Translations under genes and position numbers: made by a program
Assembly (NCBI GenBank): GCA_947365805.1
Contig: CANAZY010000001.1
Coordinates: 98,842-162,841 of the forward strand
Direction of reading: 5' to 3'
Source of the DNA: an uncultured Clostridium sp.
GTDB taxonomy: Bacteria > Bacillota > Clostridia > TANB77 > CAG-508
DNA length: 64,000 nucleotides
Notes under the pieces: generated by a model
What the model was told of the DNA's origin: nothing
What the model saw: the letters and a program-made list of their open reading frames with translations, nothing else
The model's database searches: none
In this document: positions 19,031 through 29,100 of the stretch, piece by piece
Numbering within the stretch: the stretch's first letter is position 1
Layout of the letters: every line of letters begins with the position of its first letter

Positions 19031-20623
19031 ATGAATGTTGTAATTTATGCTAGATATAGTTCTCATAGTCAAACTGAACAATCCATAGAAGGACAAATTG
19101 CAGTATGTACAGAATATGCAAAACGTAATAATTATACTATTGTTGGAGAATATATTGATAGGGCTTTAACTGGTACAAATGATAATAGACCACAATTCAA
19201 AAAAATGATAGAAGATAGCAATAAAAAATATTTTCAAGGTGTTTTAGTATATCAATTAGACCGTTTTGCTAGAAATAGGTTCGATAGTGCTACATACAAA
19301 AATAGATTGAAGAAAAATGATGTACGAGTATTTTCTGCAAGAGAAAATATATCGGACGACGCATCTGGAATACTTATGGAAAGTGTACTAGAAGGAATGG
19401 CAGAATATTATTCTGCTGAATTATCTCAAAAGGTTAAAAGAGGTATGAAAATAAATGCTAAAAAATGTTTATTTAATGGTGGTACTGTTCCACTAGGTTT
19501 TGTTATTGATAAAGAAAAAAAATTTCAAATTGATGAAGAAAATGCAATTGTTGTTAAAAAAATATTTGATATGTACAAAAATGATTATACAATGACTGAT
19601 ATTATAAAATATCTAAATGATAATAATATAAAAACTTGTTTAGGTAATAAGTTTAATAAAAATAGTATTCGCAATATGCTTATTAATAAAAGATATATCG
19701 GATTTTACACTTATAATGGTATTGAAGTAGAACATGGTATTCCACAAATAATTGATAACGAAACTTTTAATATAGTTCAAGAAAAAATGCAAAAAAATAA
19801 GAAAATGCGTAGTCATTCCAAAGCAAAAGAAGAATATCTATTGACTACAAAACTATTTTGTGGGCATTGTAAAGAATTAATGGTAGGAGTTTCTGGAACC
19901 TCCAAAAATAAAACAACACATTTCTATTATTCTTGTAACGGAATTAGAAAAAAACTATGTAATAAAAAAAATATTCAAAAAGACTATATTGAAGATTTTG
20001 TTATAAAGCAAGCCTATAATCAATTAACAGATGAAAACATTGACAGAATTGCGAAAGCAGTAGAAAAGCTTGTTAAAAGCACAGAGAATAGTAACAATCT
20101 AAAAATTTTAAATAAGAGATTAAAAGATAACCAGAAACAAAAAGAAAATTTATTTAATAGTTTGAAAATCTGTGAATTTGATAATGTAAAAAAATCTATA
20201 TTTGAAGAAATAAATAAATTAGAGCAAGAACAACAAAATATAGAACGAGATATTTTGCTAGAAAAAATCGAAAATATTGAAATGACTTATGCAGATGTAA
20301 CCTTCTTTTTAAATCTATTAAAAAAAGGTGATATTAACGATATAAGATATAGAAAAGCTTTAATAAATATTTTTATTGATAAAATATACTTATATGATAA
20401 CAACGATATAATTATTATGTTTAATCTTCAAAATAATGTATATAGAGGAAAATTGCCTAAAATAGAGGATTTAGAGTGTTCTTTTTTAGGTCAAGAAGGC
20501 TCACCAGAAAAGGATAATACGAACTCGTATAAGACACAAATAAAACCATCTGAATTTACATTACTGTATTTTGAGATGGTTTTTATTTATTTTATAATTT
20601 ATCTATTTGCTATATTCTTTTAA
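19031..20623 (+). CDS. Large serine recombinase (integrase)
   Basis: Resolvase catalytic domain (VIYARYSSHSQ..., YQLDRFARN), recombinase domain, Cys zinc-ribbon (CGHC...YYSCNG), coiled-coil; the ORF runs through attR. Confidence 0.9.
   Translation: MNVVIYARYSSHSQTEQSIEGQIAVCTEYAKRNNYTIVGEYIDRALTGTNDNRPQFKKMIEDSNKKYFQGVLVYQLDRFARNRFDSATYKNRLKKNDVRVFSARENISDDASGILMESVLEGMAEYYSAELSQKVKRGMKINAKKCLFNGGTVPLGFVIDKEKKFQIDEENAIVVKKIFDMYKNDYTMTDIIKYLNDNNIKTCLGNKFNKNSIRNMLINKRYIGFYTYNGIEVEHGIPQIIDNETFNIVQEKMQKNKKMRSHSKAKEEYLLTTKLFCGHCKELMVGVSGTSKNKTTHFYYSCNGIRKKLCNKKNIQKDYIEDFVIKQAYNQLTDENIDRIAKAVEKLVKSTENSNNLKILNKRLKDNQKQKENLFNSLKICEFDNVKKSIFEEINKLEQEQQNIERDILLEKIENIEMTYADVTFFLNLLKKGDINDIRYRKALINIFIDKIYLYDNNDIIIMFNLQNNVYRGKLPKIEDLECSFLGQEGSPEKDNTNSYKTQIKPSEFTLLYFEMVFIYFIIYLFAIFF
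20498..20524 (+). repeat. attR: second copy of the 27-nt direct repeat
   Basis: Identical to 15978..16004. Confidence 0.85.
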
Positions 20624-20752
20624 AAATTTCTCTAATTCATTTTCATTCGCAAATATTTCTTCAAAAATATTATATAAGGTATTGATATTTTAATTGATTA
20701 TTACTTTATAGTCAATATGAAAGTTTCATTATTTATATGATTTATCTTATAT

Positions 20753-20795
20753 GTTAACTATTTCAATAATAATATTGAAATAGTTAACGTTTTTA
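20753..20795 (+). terminator. Rho-independent terminator (16-bp perfect palindrome plus T-run)
   Basis: GTTAACTATTTCAATA-ATAA-TATTGAAATAGTTAAC followed by GTTTTTATTTT. Confidence 0.6.
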
Positions 20796-20905
20796 TTTTA
20801 TAAGAAAAAAGCATTTTTTAGATTTCAGATTATCTAAAAAACGCTTTTTACTAGATTTAAAGTACTTTAACTTTGAATGAAATAAAATATATATATTTTG
20901 GGGGA

Positions 20906-21051
20906 TGTAGGGGATATCTGCTTTTTTAGGGGTTTAAAATTTCCATACGAATTGGGAGTTTGAAACATTTTAGGAGCCTTTTAAATTTGTGAATGTTTTG
21001 GGCTATTTTTGTTTGAACAAAAGACTTTTTTATAATATGATATCCCCTACA
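20906..21051. repeat. 146-bp unit bounded by 13-bp perfect terminal inverted repeats (MITE-like or structured RNA)
   Basis: TGTAGGGGATATC at 20906..20918 and GATATCCCCTACA at 21039..21051; G-islands in AT-rich non-coding DNA. Confidence 0.4.
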
Positions 21052-21265
21052 AGATTAATAACATAATTGATGAATAAGATTGATTATAATCTTATTTTAC
21101 TATTTTTATTTTATTATGCTTCCTCTTTTTGGATTTTTTAAGAATTCTTAATATTTTTTCTGATAGAAAATTTTTTGAGTTATGAATTAAATCCGTTTGA
21201 ATATATTCTTTTGATTTAACGCTTTTTCATATTACCACTTTTTTCCACATATGTCAACAAAAAAA

Positions 21266-21793
21266 TTACGACATAAATCGACAAATTGCTACAGAAATCA
21301 GCATTCCTGTTATGTCTGCTATTAATGCTGCTACTAATACAAATCTTATTTTTTTAATTCCTACAGCACTTGTATATAACGCAATGGTATAAAATGTAGT
21401 TTCTGTTGAACCCATAATGGTTGACGCAATTAGTCCTATGGTACTATCTACTCCATATTGAGAGATAATATCGGTAGCTACTGCCATAGAGGCACTTCCT
21501 GATATTGGCCTTAATAATGCAAGTGGCATAATTTCAGCTGGAATTTGTAGGATTTGAATGATTGGTTTTATAATATTTACTATTAATTCAATTATTCCAG
21601 AACTTCTTAATGCTCCCACAGCTAAAAAAATTCCTATTAGGGTAGGAAATATATTGACAACTACTTGTACTCCTTCTTTTGCACCTTCTAAAAAAGTATC
21701 ATATACTTTATTTTTTTCTATTAACCCATAAACAATAATTAGTAAGATTACCATTGGTACTGCAATGGTAGATAAATAATTAATAAGATTCAT
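21266..21793 (-). CDS. spmB: Spore maturation protein B
   Basis: Starts MNLINYLSTIAVPMVILLIIVYGL behind AGGAGG; collinear with my recollection of B. subtilis SpmB. Confidence 0.85.
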   Translation of the reverse strand: MNLINYLSTIAVPMVILLIIVYGLIEKNKVYDTFLEGAKEGVQVVVNIFPTLIGIFLAVGALRSSGIIELIVNIIKPIIQILQIPAEIMPLALLRPISGSASMAVATDIISQYGVDSTIGLIASTIMGSTETTFYTIALYTSAVGIKKIRFVLVAALIADITGMLISVAICRFMS

Positions 21794-21801
21794 TTTTCCT
21801 C

Positions 21802-22378
21802 CTAATATTTTTTCATTAATATTTTTGCACCAATTACTCCTGCAATTGCTGCTCCAATGGTTGCAATCCATACGGGTATAATAATGGATGTCGGATTGTT
21901 TGAACCTAATGAACTTCGTATAGCAATCACAGTTGTTGGTATTATTTGGATAGAAGCGGTATTTATAATAATAAACATTGCCATAGAATTCGTTAGTCTT
22001 TCTTTGTTTGGATTGTTTTTTTGCATGGTTTTCATTGCTTTTAGACCTAATGGAGTAGCAGCATTCCCTAATCCTAGAATATTTGCTACCATATTCATGG
22101 ATATTTCTTGATATGCCACATCTTCTTGTTTTATATCGGGAAATAGTATTTTCATAATTGGTTTTAGAATTTTGGTTAGTTTATGAATTAAAGTCGTTTT
22201 TTTTGCAATTTGCATAATCCCTGACCATAGGCACATGGTTCCTAAAAAGGTAATACTTAAGTCAACAGCACTCTTACAAGAGTCAAAAACAGATCCGTGT
22301 AATTTCTGATACATTTCCAACAATGACTGCATATATATATGATATGATAATAAAAATTGGCCAAATAATATTTAACAA
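21802..22378 (-). CDS. spmA: Spore maturation protein A; N-terminal 28 codons (TTG start, AAGGAG RBS) joined to ORF 21802..22332 by a +1 shift at CGG 22295..22297
   Basis: MLNIIWPIFIIISYIYAVIVGNVSEIT then [C]GGA TCT gives GSVFDSCKSAV..; matches the SpmA N-terminus MVNIIW...; LGNAATPLGLKAM motif. Confidence 0.7.
22294..22297 (-). other. Candidate recoding site CGGA (ACA CGG ATC read as ACA [C] GGA TCT)
   Basis: In-frame CGG; the 0 frame stops 4 codons later. Confidence 0.6.
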
Positions 22379-22583
22379 TTTTTTTCTCCTTGTCTTGATT
22401 TTGTTTCTATTTTATTCGTTCTTTTTTAAAAAAGAACTCTTTTTTGGCATTTCCACTTTTTACCGCTTTTTCCTCATTTTCTTACTCTTCTTTATTGACA
22501 TTTTCGGCTTTTTCATGATATGATTATATATGGAATTTGTCGAATTTTGTTGTATAAAAGGTTTGTGAAAAGGGGGTTTTATT

Positions 22584-22838
22584 ATGAAATCAACAGGAAT
22601 TGTAAGAAGAGTTGATGAATTAGGAAGAGTGGTTATTCCAATTGAACTTAGAAATAAATTTGGAATTTATGAAAAGGATCCGATTGAAATCTTTGTGGAT
22701 GGTTCTTCTATTGTTTTAAAGAAATATGAACCAAATTGTATCTTTTGTGGCTCTACTAAAAAATTAGTTACTTATAACGATAAACTTGTTTGTGCAAAAT
22801 GTGCTGAAAAAGTTAATAAGTTAGCAGAAAACGTATAG
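22584..22838 (+). CDS. abrB: Transition-state regulator AbrB
   Basis: MKSTGIVRRVDELGRVVIPIELR SpoVT/AbrB swapped-hairpin N-domain. Confidence 0.9.
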   Translation: MKSTGIVRRVDELGRVVIPIELRNKFGIYEKDPIEIFVDGSSIVLKKYEPNCIFCGSTKKLVTYNDKLVCAKCAEKVNKLAENV

Positions 22839-22847
22839 TAATAAATA

Positions 22848-22869
22848 AAAGGAAGCTTTGGCTTCCTTT
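22848..22869. terminator. Bidirectional terminator between abrB and rsmI
   Basis: AAAGGAAGC-TTTG-GCTTCCTTT with flanking A- and T-runs. Confidence 0.75.
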
Positions 22870-23727
22870 TTATATAAATTTTTGATATATTTCATTTTTA
22901 TTTACATTTCTATCTTTTGCTATTTGTTTTATAATTTCTTTTTTGTTAAATCCCCTTTGTTCATAATAGTGATAATGTTCTTTTAATGTTAATTCGTTTA
23001 ACGTTTCTTTTTGTTCTTGTTGCTCACTCTTTTTGTTTTTTTCTATGATAATAACATATTCCCCTTTTGGATTTTGTATACTGTTTTTTAATTCTTCTGC
23101 TGTTCCAGCTATGTATTCTTCATGTATTTTGGTGAGTTCTCTTGCTAATACTATTTTTCTATTTTCTGTAATTCTAGATAATTCTTCCAATGTTTGCATC
23201 AATTTATGTGGTGCTTCATATAAAATAGTAGTTGTTTCGTTTTTTTTGATTTGCTCTAATTTTTCTTTTCGATTTTTTTTATTTAATGGTAGAAATCCTA
23301 AAAAAGTAAATTCTTTTGCGTCAATTCCAGATACAATAAGTGCTGTGATAGCAGCACAAGGTCCAGGAATTGGATTTACTTTTATATGATTTTCTAATGC
23401 TACTTTTACAATTTCTTCTCCAGGGTCTGATATAACAGGGGTTCCTGCATCAGATACTAATGCAATACTTTTTCCTTCTAATAGTTTTTGTATCAATTCA
23501 TCGGTTTTTACTTCTTCGTTATGTCTATGGTAACTAATCATTGGTTTTGTAATTTCTAAATGATTTAGTAATTTTAATGTGTGTCTTGTGTCTTCTGCAG
23601 CAATGATATCTACTTGCTTTAAAATTCGAATTGCTCTTAGTGTAATATCTTCTAAGTTTCCAATTGGTGTTGCAACAATATATAGTTCACCCAAGGTTTG
23701 CTGAATGTCGTACTTTTCACTTTTCAT
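22870..23727 (-). CDS. rsmI: 16S rRNA (cytidine1402-2'-O)-methyltransferase
   Basis: LYIVATPIGNLEDITLRAIRILKQVDIIAAEDTRHT tetrapyrrole-methylase-fold N-terminus. Confidence 0.9.
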   Translation of the reverse strand: MKSEKYDIQQTLGELYIVATPIGNLEDITLRAIRILKQVDIIAAEDTRHTLKLLNHLEITKPMISYHRHNEEVKTDELIQKLLEGKSIALVSDAGTPVISDPGEEIVKVALENHIKVNPIPGPCAAITALIVSGIDAKEFTFLGFLPLNKKNRKEKLEQIKKNETTTILYEAPHKLMQTLEELSRITENRKIVLARELTKIHEEYIAGTAEELKNSIQNPKGEYVIIIEKNKKSEQQEQKETLNELTLKEHYHYYEQRGFNKKEIIKQIAKDRNVNKNEIYQKFI

Positions 23728-24476
23728 TTTTCTATTTTCTCCTTTCCATATATTTCTAAAATCTGTGCTGTATACTCTCCATTTTCTTCATAAACATATA
23801 ATGGTTTTTCTATTTTTAAAAATGGTTTTGCATTTTTGGTAGCTTTTATTAATAACAGATTTGGTTCTTTTCCTTGTTTGGGATATACCAATTGCATTTT
23901 TTTTGGTTCTAGCTTGTATTTTCTTAACAATTCTATAATATCCACTAATCGATCTGGTCTATGTACCATATAAAAATCTTTTTTGTCTTTTAATAATTTT
24001 GAAGATATTTTAATAAAATCTTCTAGATTAGCTGTAATTTCATGTCTTGAAATTAGTTTTTTTTCGTTTTCATTTTGTATTCCTGTATGATTCTTTTTGT
24101 ATGGTGGATTTGTAACGACCGCATCAAATGTACCCAATTCTTGGTAATTTTCTAATTCTTTAATATTGGCATTCATTATCATGAATTGTTCTTCTAATTT
24201 ATTTAATGAAATACTTCTTTTGGCCATTTCATATACTTCTTTTTGAATTTCTACCCCTATTACTTTAGATTTTTCGATTTTGGTACACAATAATATGCCA
24301 ATAATACCTGTTCCTGTCCCTAAATCGATAATCTTACTTCCTTTTTTTATTTCTCTTGCAAAATAAGATATTAAAATGCTATCTATTCCAAAACAAAATC
24401 CTTCTGAGTTTTGAATAATCTTTAGCCCTTGATATTCTAAATCATCAATTCTTTCATTTTCTTTTAAGTTTTCCAT
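23724..24476 (-). CDS. tRNA (adenine-N6)-methyltransferase-like SAM-dependent methyltransferase (YfiC/TrmN6 type)
   Basis: SAM motif IIDLGTGTG and the catalytic NPPY (VVTNPPYKK). Confidence 0.8.
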   Translation of the reverse strand: MENLKENERIDDLEYQGLKIIQNSEGFCFGIDSILISYFAREIKKGSKIIDLGTGTGIIGILLCTKIEKSKVIGVEIQKEVYEMAKRSISLNKLEEQFMIMNANIKELENYQELGTFDAVVTNPPYKKNHTGIQNENEKKLISRHEITANLEDFIKISSKLLKDKKDFYMVHRPDRLVDIIELLRKYKLEPKKMQLVYPKQGKEPNLLLIKATKNAKPFLKIEKPLYVYEENGEYTAQILEIYGKEKIEK

Positions 24477-24623
24477 ATTACCTCACTTATTTTTTGTATT
24501 TGTCATATTATATAATAAATTATGTTTTTATGCAAAGGTGGAGTGATAATGAAACGATATTGTTGTAAAAAAAATTGTTGTTGTAATAGTTCCCAAAAAC
24601 CAAATTTTAATTTTAATCAAAAA

Positions 24624-24648
24624 AAAGAGAACGCTCTTTGTTCTCTTT
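24624..24648 (-). terminator. Terminator of gerM (minus strand)
   Basis: AGAGAAC-7 nt-GTTCTCT stem followed, on the minus strand, by a run of 8 T. Confidence 0.65.
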
Positions 24649-24714
24649 ATCAAGTGGAAAATTTTTTATGCCAATTTTCCAAAGCTTTAAAATGTTTTAA
24701 ATTTTATGAATTTT

Positions 24715-25288
24715 TTAAGTAGTCTCTTCTTTTGGCACAAATGCATCTTTTAAGGATATTCCATTGTTTGGAAAACTACTATTTTCTTCTCCATCTACTA
24801 TAATTTTTACTGCTTCTATTTCGTTTAGTTGTGTCATGGTATTTACAATAGAATATATTGCTTGTGATTGTACTTTTACATCATTTTTTTGGTTTTCAAT
24901 AAATTCCTTTGATACATCAATGCATATGGTATTTCCTTTTTTCTCTATTTTGTTTATTTTGGTGCCTTCTGGAATGTTTTTTTCTAACTTTTCATTTTTA
25001 GGTCCTTCCATTAATAAATTTATTAATACTTGATATGGTTCTTTTGTTAGTTCTTTTACATCAATATTTCGTGCTTCTGGTACTAAAGTATTTGTATCTT
25101 TACTTGTGAAATACAATGATATGATTGTTGTTCTTAATTGTTCTCCGTGTCATTTCTGGTTCTGGTGTATATTCGGTTATTTTTTGGTCTGTTTTTGATA
25201 TTTCTACTTTTGTATAAAGATAATACCCAACTCCTCCTAATAGTATTATCATAATTACCAATATCATAAAAACTTTTTTGTTCTTCAC
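24715..25288 (-). CDS. gerM: GerM-like germination/sporulation protein. ORFs 25100..25288 and 24715..25116 are joined by a +1 shift at CGG 25145..25147
   Basis: N-terminal TM/signal, ..YTPEPEMT[G]EQLRTTIISLYFTSKDTNTLVPEARNI.. after skipping the C; GerMN-domain-like remainder. Confidence 0.65.
25144..25147 (-). other. Candidate recoding site CGGA (ACA CGG AGA read as ACA [C] GGA GAA)
   Basis: In-frame CGG at the junction of two ORFs of one gene. Confidence 0.6.
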
Positions 25289-25341
25289 TTAACTCCCTCC
25301 TTTACTGTTTTATTTGTATGTTAGACAAGTTAGGTTTAGAA

Positions 25342-25902
25342 CTATTTAAATATTTCTTCTTTCCAAAATCCCTCTTTATTCTTTCTTGCCTCTTCTTGCA
25401 AGCTTTTAAAATCATCTACATATTTTACATTGGGTGGATAGGTGGCAACTTTCGCATATCCTTCTTTTATTAATTTTTCGTTTAACATTTCGCCATTTTC
25501 TAAATATACATAGGCTAATAGTCTTCCATATTTATCTGTTTTTGATATATCAAATTCAAGGGTGATATATTGATTTTCGATTAATTGTTTTACATAGTTT
25601 GATGCTTGTTTTCCGTAATTTGTGTTTTTTTCTTTATTTGGATGGACACTCTCTGGTGTATCGATTCCTATTAGTCTTACTTTTTGTTCTTTTCCTTCAT
25701 AATTAATTTTATAGGTATCTCCATCAACTACTTTTGTTACTAAATATTTTCCTGCGAATTCTTGTGTTTGTGTTGAATTATCTTGAAAAATAGATAAGAT
25801 TTCTTCTTTTTTGATACTTCCTGTAATAAGTCCTATTAAAATAATAATAATTGCTATTGTATATTGAATCATTGTTTTTGTTTGTTTTTTGGTTAATTTC
25901 AT
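25342..25902 (-). CDS. Membrane-anchored thermonuclease (SNase family)
   Basis: N-terminal TM; RLIGIDTPE and YGRLLAYVY staphylococcal-nuclease motifs. Confidence 0.85.
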   Translation of the reverse strand: MKLTKKQTKTMIQYTIAIIIILIGLITGSIKKEEILSIFQDNSTQTQEFAGKYLVTKVVDGDTYKINYEGKEQKVRLIGIDTPESVHPNKEKNTNYGKQASNYVKQLIENQYITLEFDISKTDKYGRLLAYVYLENGEMLNEKLIKEGYAKVATYPPNVKYVDDFKSLQEEARKNKEGFWKEEIFK

Positions 25903-26052
25903 ATGTTTTTCCTCTCTTTTTCTTTTTTGCTATTTTATCATTTCTGGGAATACAATTTCAATATTAAATTCACAAACATTTCACATTTGTTTTTATTGGT
26001 TGCTTTTGCTTTCAATCATGCATAACTGTAAGATATTTACAGCTATTTTTGT

Positions 26053-26081
26053 TTGACAAATTTCATTTTTCAGTATACAAT
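26053..26081 (+). promoter_or_regulatory. Sigma-A type promoter of the 1439-aa gene
   Basis: TTGACA, 17 nt, TACAAT. Confidence 0.5.
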
Positions 26082-26133
26082 ATAGGTTGAATTATTTGCT
26101 TTTTGCCTACGCAAAAAGGGAGGAGAAAGAATT

Positions 26134-29100
26134 ATGAATGAATTACTTCATGTAGGGTTAGACGTTGGTTCTACTACTGTAAAAGTAGTAGTTATGGATA
26201 AAGACTTAAATACCCTTAATATGTCTTATAGAAGACATTTTTCTGATACCAAAAATACGGTTTGTGATGTATTAACAGAATTAACTGAACAATATAAGGA
26301 TTTTGATTTTACAGTTGCACTTACGGGTTCAGGCGCTATGAGTGCTGCTAATTTTTTGGAGCTTCCTTTTATTCAAGAGGTTGTTGCTTGTAAAAGAGCG
26401 GTTGAAAAATATATCCCAGAGACGGATGTTGTGATTGAACTTGGTGGAGAAGATGCAAAAATCATTTATTTTGACCAATTTATGGAGCAACGTATGAATG
26501 GTACTTGTGCTGGTGGTACTGGTGCTTTCATTGACCAAATGGCTTCTTTATTAAATACCGATACAGAAGGATTAAATGAACTTGCAAAACACTATGAAAC
26601 AATTTATCCAATTGCTTCTCGTTGTGGTGTTTTCGCAAAAACTGATATTCAACCTCTATTAAATGAAGGTGCACGTAAAGAAGATATTGCTGCTTCTATT
26701 TTCCAAGCAGTTGTTAATCAAACGATTAGTGGTCTTGCTTGTGGTAGACCAATTCGTGGAACCGTTGCTTTTCTAGGTGGTCCTTTAAATTATTTATCGG
26801 AATTACGAAATCGTTTTATTGAAACATTACATCTTACAGATGAAACAACTATTATTCCAGAAGAAGCACATTTACTAGTAGCAAAGGGTGCTGCTCTTGA
26901 TTCTGTTCATGCTGCTTCTTTTTCTGTTGAAAAATTAAAAAGTAAAATTGAAGTATTACGTATTTCTCGTGATACGACGACTGAGCCTTTAAAACCACTA
27001 TTTACTATTGATGCAGAATATGATGAATTTAAGAAACGACATCAAAAAGATTGTGTAGAAAAAGCAAATCTTTCCGATTATCAAGGAGATTGTTTTATTG
27101 GTATTGATGCTGGTTCTACAACAACAAAGTTGGTATTAATTGACCGTGATGGAAAACTTCTTTATTCTTTATATGGAAGTAATGAAGGAAATCCTTTAAA
27201 TAGTGTTATAAAGATGTTAAAACAATTATATGCTAATCTACCAGATTCTTGTGATATTCGCTTTAGTGGAGTAACAGGTTATGGAGAAAAACTGATTCAA
27301 ACTGCTTTAAATATAGATTTAAATGAAATTGAAACCATTGCTCATTACACAGCTGCAAAACAATTTATGCCAGATGTTACAAGTATTGTTGACATTGGTG
27401 GTCAAGATATGAAATATATTCGTATTAAAAATGGTGTAATCGATAATATTATGCTTAATGAAGCTTGTTCTTCTGGTTGTGGTTCTTTTATTGAAACTTT
27501 TGCTAAAAGTTTAAATCTTTCTGTTAGTGAATTTGTAGAAGAAGCAATTAAGTCTAGACGTCCCGTTGACCTTGGTTCTAGATGTACTGTATTTATGAAT
27601 TCTAAAATTAAGCAGGCTCAAAAAGAAGGTTATGAAGTTGGAGACATTTCTGCTGGACTTTCTTATTCGGTTATAAAAAATGCCATTCAAAAAGTTATGA
27701 AAGTAAGAGATACCAAGACATTAGGTGAACATATTGTTGTACAAGGTGGAACTTTTTATAATGATGCTGTTCTTCGTGCTTTTGAATTGATTGTTGGAAA
27801 AGATGTCGTAAGACCTGATATTTCTGGCTTAATGGGGGCTTATGGTGCAGCATTACTTGCTAAAGAGCAATATGAAGCAAATTTCGATATGGAATATCAT
27901 TCTACTATTTGTAAGTTAGATGAGTTAGATAAATTAGATATTCAAATTTCACATATAAGATGTAATAAATGTGAAAATCATTGTTTACTTACCATTAATA
28001 AATTTAGTAATGGTAAAAAACATATTTCTGGAAATCGTTGTGAGCGTGGTGCTGGTATTGTTTCTGATAATACGAATTTACCAAATTTAATGAAATATAA
28101 ATTTGATAGAATTTTCGGATATATACCTTTAGAGGAAAAAGAGGCTCCTCGTGGAATAATCGGTATTCCAAGGGTTTTAAATATGTATGAAGATTATCCT
28201 TTCTGGTTTACTTTCTTTACTAACCTTGGATTTCGTGTCATTTTATCAGAAAAAAGTAATCGTAAAACCTACGAAAAGGGAATGGAATCGATGCCTTCTG
28301 AGTCTGTCTGTTATCCTGCAAAATTGGCTCATGGACATATTATTAGCTTATTAGACCAAGGTATTAAAACGATTTTTTATCCTTGTATCCCATATTCTAG
28401 AAAAGAATATGAAAAAGCAGATAACCACTATAATTGCCCAATTGTTATTTCTTATTCTGAAGTGCTAAAAAATAATGTAGAAGAATTAAATGCAAGTGAT
28501 ATTAAGTTTTTAAATCCATTTTTACCTTTTGAAGCAAAGAGCTTAACAAAACGTATTTTGGAATTAGATGAATTTAAAGAATATCATTTTAATAAAAAAG
28601 AATTAATAGAAGCTGCTATGAAAGCAGAAGAAGAATATCAAAAGGTAAGACAAGATATTCATGAAAAAGGGAAAGAAACTCTTGATTATATTGAAAAGAA
28701 TCACTTAAAGGGTATCGTGTTATCTGGTCGTCCATATCATGTTGATCCAGAAATTAATCATGGTATTGATACTTTAATTACTAGTCTTGGTTTATGTGTT
28801 TTAACAGAAGATAGTATTGCTAATTTAGATGAAGCAAAACGTCCTTTACGTGTTGTTGACCAATGGATGTTCCATGCAAGATTATATGCTGCTGCTGAGT
28901 TTGTTGGAAAACATGATAATTTGGAACTAGTACAATTGAATTCGTTTGGTTGTGGCGTGGATGCTGTTACAACAGACCAAGTAGAAGAAATTTTATCAAG
29001 CTATGAAAAAATGTATACATTAATTAAAATTGATGAAGTAAATAACTTAGGTGCTGTTCGTATTCGTATTCGTTCTTTACTTGCTAGTATGGAAAAACGT

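Noticed and set aside
21266-22332. The overlapping track ORFs 21266..21871 and 21802..22332 as one frameshifted gene
   Set aside because: They are the separate genes spmB (own AGGAGG RBS, start 21793) and spmA. The overlap is an artefact of the upstream-most start in the ORF track.
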